The notes beneath the pieces were generated by a model. The model ran no database searches and was not told the origin of the DNA. It saw only the letters and a program-made list of their open reading frames with translations. A DNA stretch of 64,000 nt, taken from contig NC_079169.1 in the NCBI RefSeq assembly GCF_947568905.1, forward strand, positions 64,728,001 to 64,792,000, written 5' to 3'. The DNA is from Ostrea edulis (taxonomy: Eukaryota). The translations under genes and the position numbers were made by a program. Every line of letters starts with the position of its first letter. Within the stretch, counting starts at the first letter, position 1. Below, piece after piece: positions 61,378 to 64,000 of this stretch.

Positions 61378-63981
61378 CAGAGAGCTACAGTTCTGCAGCT
61401 AGTACAAATATGCATAGCAAAAATGGTGTAGGGATACAGACATGTTTTTTTTTTTAGAGAGATGACGGCGATGGTGTAGATTTATAGTGCAGACTGCCCA
61501 GTAGGGGCCCTGCTATACTTTTAGAGAGAGAGAAAAAGGTCATTTTATTCCAATTTTTTGAAGGAATTGAATTATGTCCAAATGACTCGTACAAGTCATT
61601 TTCTGTTAAAAATAACAATGTTATGCATTTATGTGCATTTTGTTCCAAATTCAAAACGATTATAATCTTCAAATTATGTCCCTTGAATTTTTGCTTCCTG
61701 GACAAAAAATCGATCTGCTATACAAGTTGGTTCCTAGTGTAACTCTTGACAAACACGCAGTCATTTCAAAGTTGAAAAATTTCATTATACGTGTATCTTT
61801 AAAAAAAAAAAAATCATATTAGAAAGGAATAAGATGATTTGGGGTGAGACATTTTTTCTCACCAAATTGAGCTTTACTATCTCTTTAAACAACATTTTAT
61901 TCAAAATGAATGATATTTGGCAGCAGGCGCAGCCCATTTTAGCCCTCTCCCTACACCATGGTCAAAGCGTACGTTCCATCTGTTCCCCTGGGCATCAAAT
62001 TTCTCGTTATCACCAATTTTGTGAAATGTGAATTTTTGTGTTTCATAAAAGAGTTCAAAGTAGGATATTGTAAAACGAATGCTCAGTGATATCTCAGTAC
62101 ATCTTGCTGTGTAAATATAGTGTAGCGCTTCTTGTAAATAAAAAAAAATCTCTTTTAAATCTTCACAACAGCGATTAGGCTGGCCTTAGGAACTTCGTTA
62201 ATACTGTTGTAAAAGTGCATCTCAAATAATTATACACGATTTCATAAGGATTTCCAAGGATTGTGCGACGTCACGTGACTGTGTCCTAAATGAAAATTAA
62301 AAAGTACGCCCCTTTCCCCGTGACTACTGTTGATTGGAACTTCAACAAAGTACTGAAACAAATATAGATCAACGAGAAAATGTAAGAAATCTTCTAAATA
62401 CATAGTGGCAATGGCAGCCGATGTGCTGTGTTGTCAGTTTTTGTAAACTTTCAAGAAGATATAGATATGCGAAGGTGAAACTCTGGAAAAGCGTGTACTA
62501 TAGTTGTTTTCAATTTGTTTTTGGTTAAAAGTTTGATGTAAACTGGGAGCAATAGAATATGTTCCACTATGGGTTTTTTTCCACCAGAGCTTCAAGAAGA
62601 CATCATTTTTTTTCTTGATTAGTAATCTCAATTTTGCTTGTACGAGGCAACTTTCATATTGATCTCAATATAAGCCAAGGTTGAATCTATAGTTCGATTT
62701 GATTTTCATGATAAAATGGGAACAAATAAATGTGTCAAAAAACTCTTTTTTTTTTATTTTACAAAAGATTCATACAAATCATGTACGAGGCAACTTTCAT
62801 ATTCATCTTAATATAAGCCAAGGTTGAATCTATAGTTCGATTTGATTTTCATGATAAAATGGGAACAAATAAATGTGTCAAACTCTCTTTTTTATTTTAC
62901 AAAAGATTCATACAAATTCATACAAAATTCCGTTCTCAAGAATTTACATGCATCAGCCAATTATGAAACCATTCATACTGATCTCAAATTTACCCGCGCT
63001 TATGCAGGATAAACCGAAAAAGGCATTTTTTTCAAAAGCCAGCGTCGCTTTTTATCTACATTTCAACATAGTTTTTGTAAAAAAAAAAAAAAATATATAT
63101 ATATATAATTGAAATTGTGAAAAAATCTTAAAATTTCACAACTATCAAAATAGGAAAATATCTGCAACGTGTGATTATTAACAGTGCTCTCCTCAGATCT
63201 GTGGCTCTCTGGGGAAAATATTGGAACAGACCACGTCTTTCCCGATATTTCCCAGAGAGCTATAACAAACGCTAGCTCGCATTATTGAATTTGTCAATCT
63301 AAACATTGAGAGACATTTATCAGAATTCCGTGACAATGATACATACATGTATTCTCAGGAAAAGATAGGTCTCGTTTTATATACGGAAGTGATCATTTAT
63401 TTCAGGTCAATCAAAAATATATGGCCAAGATCGAAAAGTTTCCCCAATACTGGAGGAATAAGCACCTGGATCCATACGATGTTCACAAGGAACAAATAGC
63501 TGCCGCCAACAAACGAATCAGGAATCGGGTAAAACTTACAAGACATATTGTGAAAAGTACAGAATTTCATAGGGAAAGCACGTGATATCAAAATGTTAAA
63601 AATCAAGAAAAACCTGCAACTGACGTCTGTAACTGAGCATAATCTCACCTTTCCCCCGATTACATGTACTATAATATAGATAAAAGGTCCGAATTGTCGA
63701 TTTATATGCAAAAAGAAAATATAATAGCAATCGATATATTATACCTGGAAACAAAACATCATTTCTAAGAGTTCGAAATCTTGCGAAGTTAAGGGAAATA
63801 TTATGCGTGTTGTATAGATCATGCTTACATTTATTTTGTGTCACCCATACAGTTGTTGCGGGAAGAACAACAAATAAGGAACGGTGACACAGGAACCAAA
63901 GTGAGTGACCACGCCTCTCCTCCTCCCAGACCCCTGAGCCCCCGGGCCAGTTCTAATCACCCCACAGAGAAGACACCATAG
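53287..63981 (+). CDS. CFAP97 domain-containing protein (CFAP97D1/D2-like), 223 aa; exons 53287-53389, 55333-55403, 57440-57561, 59336-59459, 63406-63528, 63853-63981
   Basis: Spliced: MFRAYQSLTPVSNVYLGRRWDQQFYEHHKKKMSL|AKPVVDNKPPKTYVHLHVKLNKLQ|MDGDRLAIVERDNENLLNKMAHIM...|SLNKVKRHRDLLRITHENFAILKRLNAVEPF...W|VNQKYM...; matches the remembered CFAP97D pattern (KPxVDxxPP...HLHxKLxKLQ...ERDNxxLLxK...SLN...RITxENxxILKR). Phases 1, 0, 2, 0, 0 are compatible; intron 1 is GC-AG. Confidence 0.9.
56066..56578. mobile_element. Kolobok-type MITE (513 bp)
   Basis: TTAA flanks at 56062-65 and 56579-82; TIRs AGGGACTGATTCACGA / TCGTGAACCAGTCCCT. Confidence 0.8.
58915..59190 (-). repeat. Two tRNA-derived pseudo-copies within a mobile-element remnant
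   Basis: Minus strand GGTCAGATAGCT(C/A)AGTTGGTAGA(G/A)C...GTTCGAATC occurs twice, each with deletions that break the cloverleaf. Confidence 0.6.
59809..59895. mobile_element. 87-bp fold-back MITE with 9-bp TSD
   Basis: Arms CATCTTCGCTATCCAAGGG...CCACTCCGCTACCCA / TGGGGAGCGGAGTGG...CCCTTGGCTAGCGAAGATG; flanks TCTGAATAC and TCTGAACAC. Confidence 0.75.
60436..61401. mobile_element. About 83-bp fold-back MITE with perfect 9-bp TSD, split by a HINE insertion
   Basis: GTACAAATA at 60427-35 and 61402-10; termini TAGCTGCAGAACTGTAGCTCTCTGA / TCAGAGAGCTACAGTTCTGCAGCTA. Confidence 0.88.
60494..61376 (+). mobile_element. Complete HINE with Cg170-like core repeats
   Basis: 5' AGTTCACCTGAGC subTIR with IR GCTCAAGTGAGCT, (CCGT)n, about 166-bp repeats, 3' CTCAGGTGAGC subTIR, hairpin GGCCCATGGGCC plus TCTTGTT; inserted in a T-run. 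Confidence 0.9.
62639..62918. repeat. 143-bp local tandem duplication (2 copies)
   Basis: TGTACGAGGCAACTTTCATATT... starts at 62639 and 62782. Confidence 0.9.
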
Positions 63982-64000
63982 ACAGGAAAAGAACATTTCA

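Overview
AT-rich, intron-rich animal genomic DNA. The repeat content (166-bp Cg170-like satellite inside Helentron-type elements, tRNA-derived SINEs, Tc1/mariner and Kolobok-type elements) points to a bivalve mollusc, most likely an oyster (inference). Four spliced genes can be rebuilt by eye, mostly missed by the ORF track: the 5' part of a choline/ethanolamine phosphotransferase (CEPT1/CHPT1-like, minus strand, 3 exons in window), a GPR157-like GPCR (4 exons, one 1-bp frameshift), a complete 10-exon ADRM1/Rpn13, and a complete 6-exon CFAP97D1/D2-like gene whose first intron is GC-AG. A fifth, unannotated candidate small secreted-peptide gene lies on the minus strand near 47.8-50.3 kb. The rest is nested mobile DNA: Tc1, two mariners, a CR1/L2-type fragment, a Penelope-like fragment, several HINEs, a TRIM, MITEs with 2-9 bp target duplications, and many minisatellites. 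Most notable are tandem arrays that amplify functional boundaries (an ADRM1 exon/5' splice junction about 25 times; a Helentron 3' terminus 18 times), clustering of unrelated minisatellite periods at 37-45 bp, ultra-short fold-back MITEs, and the candidate RY-amide peptide precursor. No CRISPR array, rRNA or intact tRNA gene is supported. All coordinates were read by hand and no database search was run.
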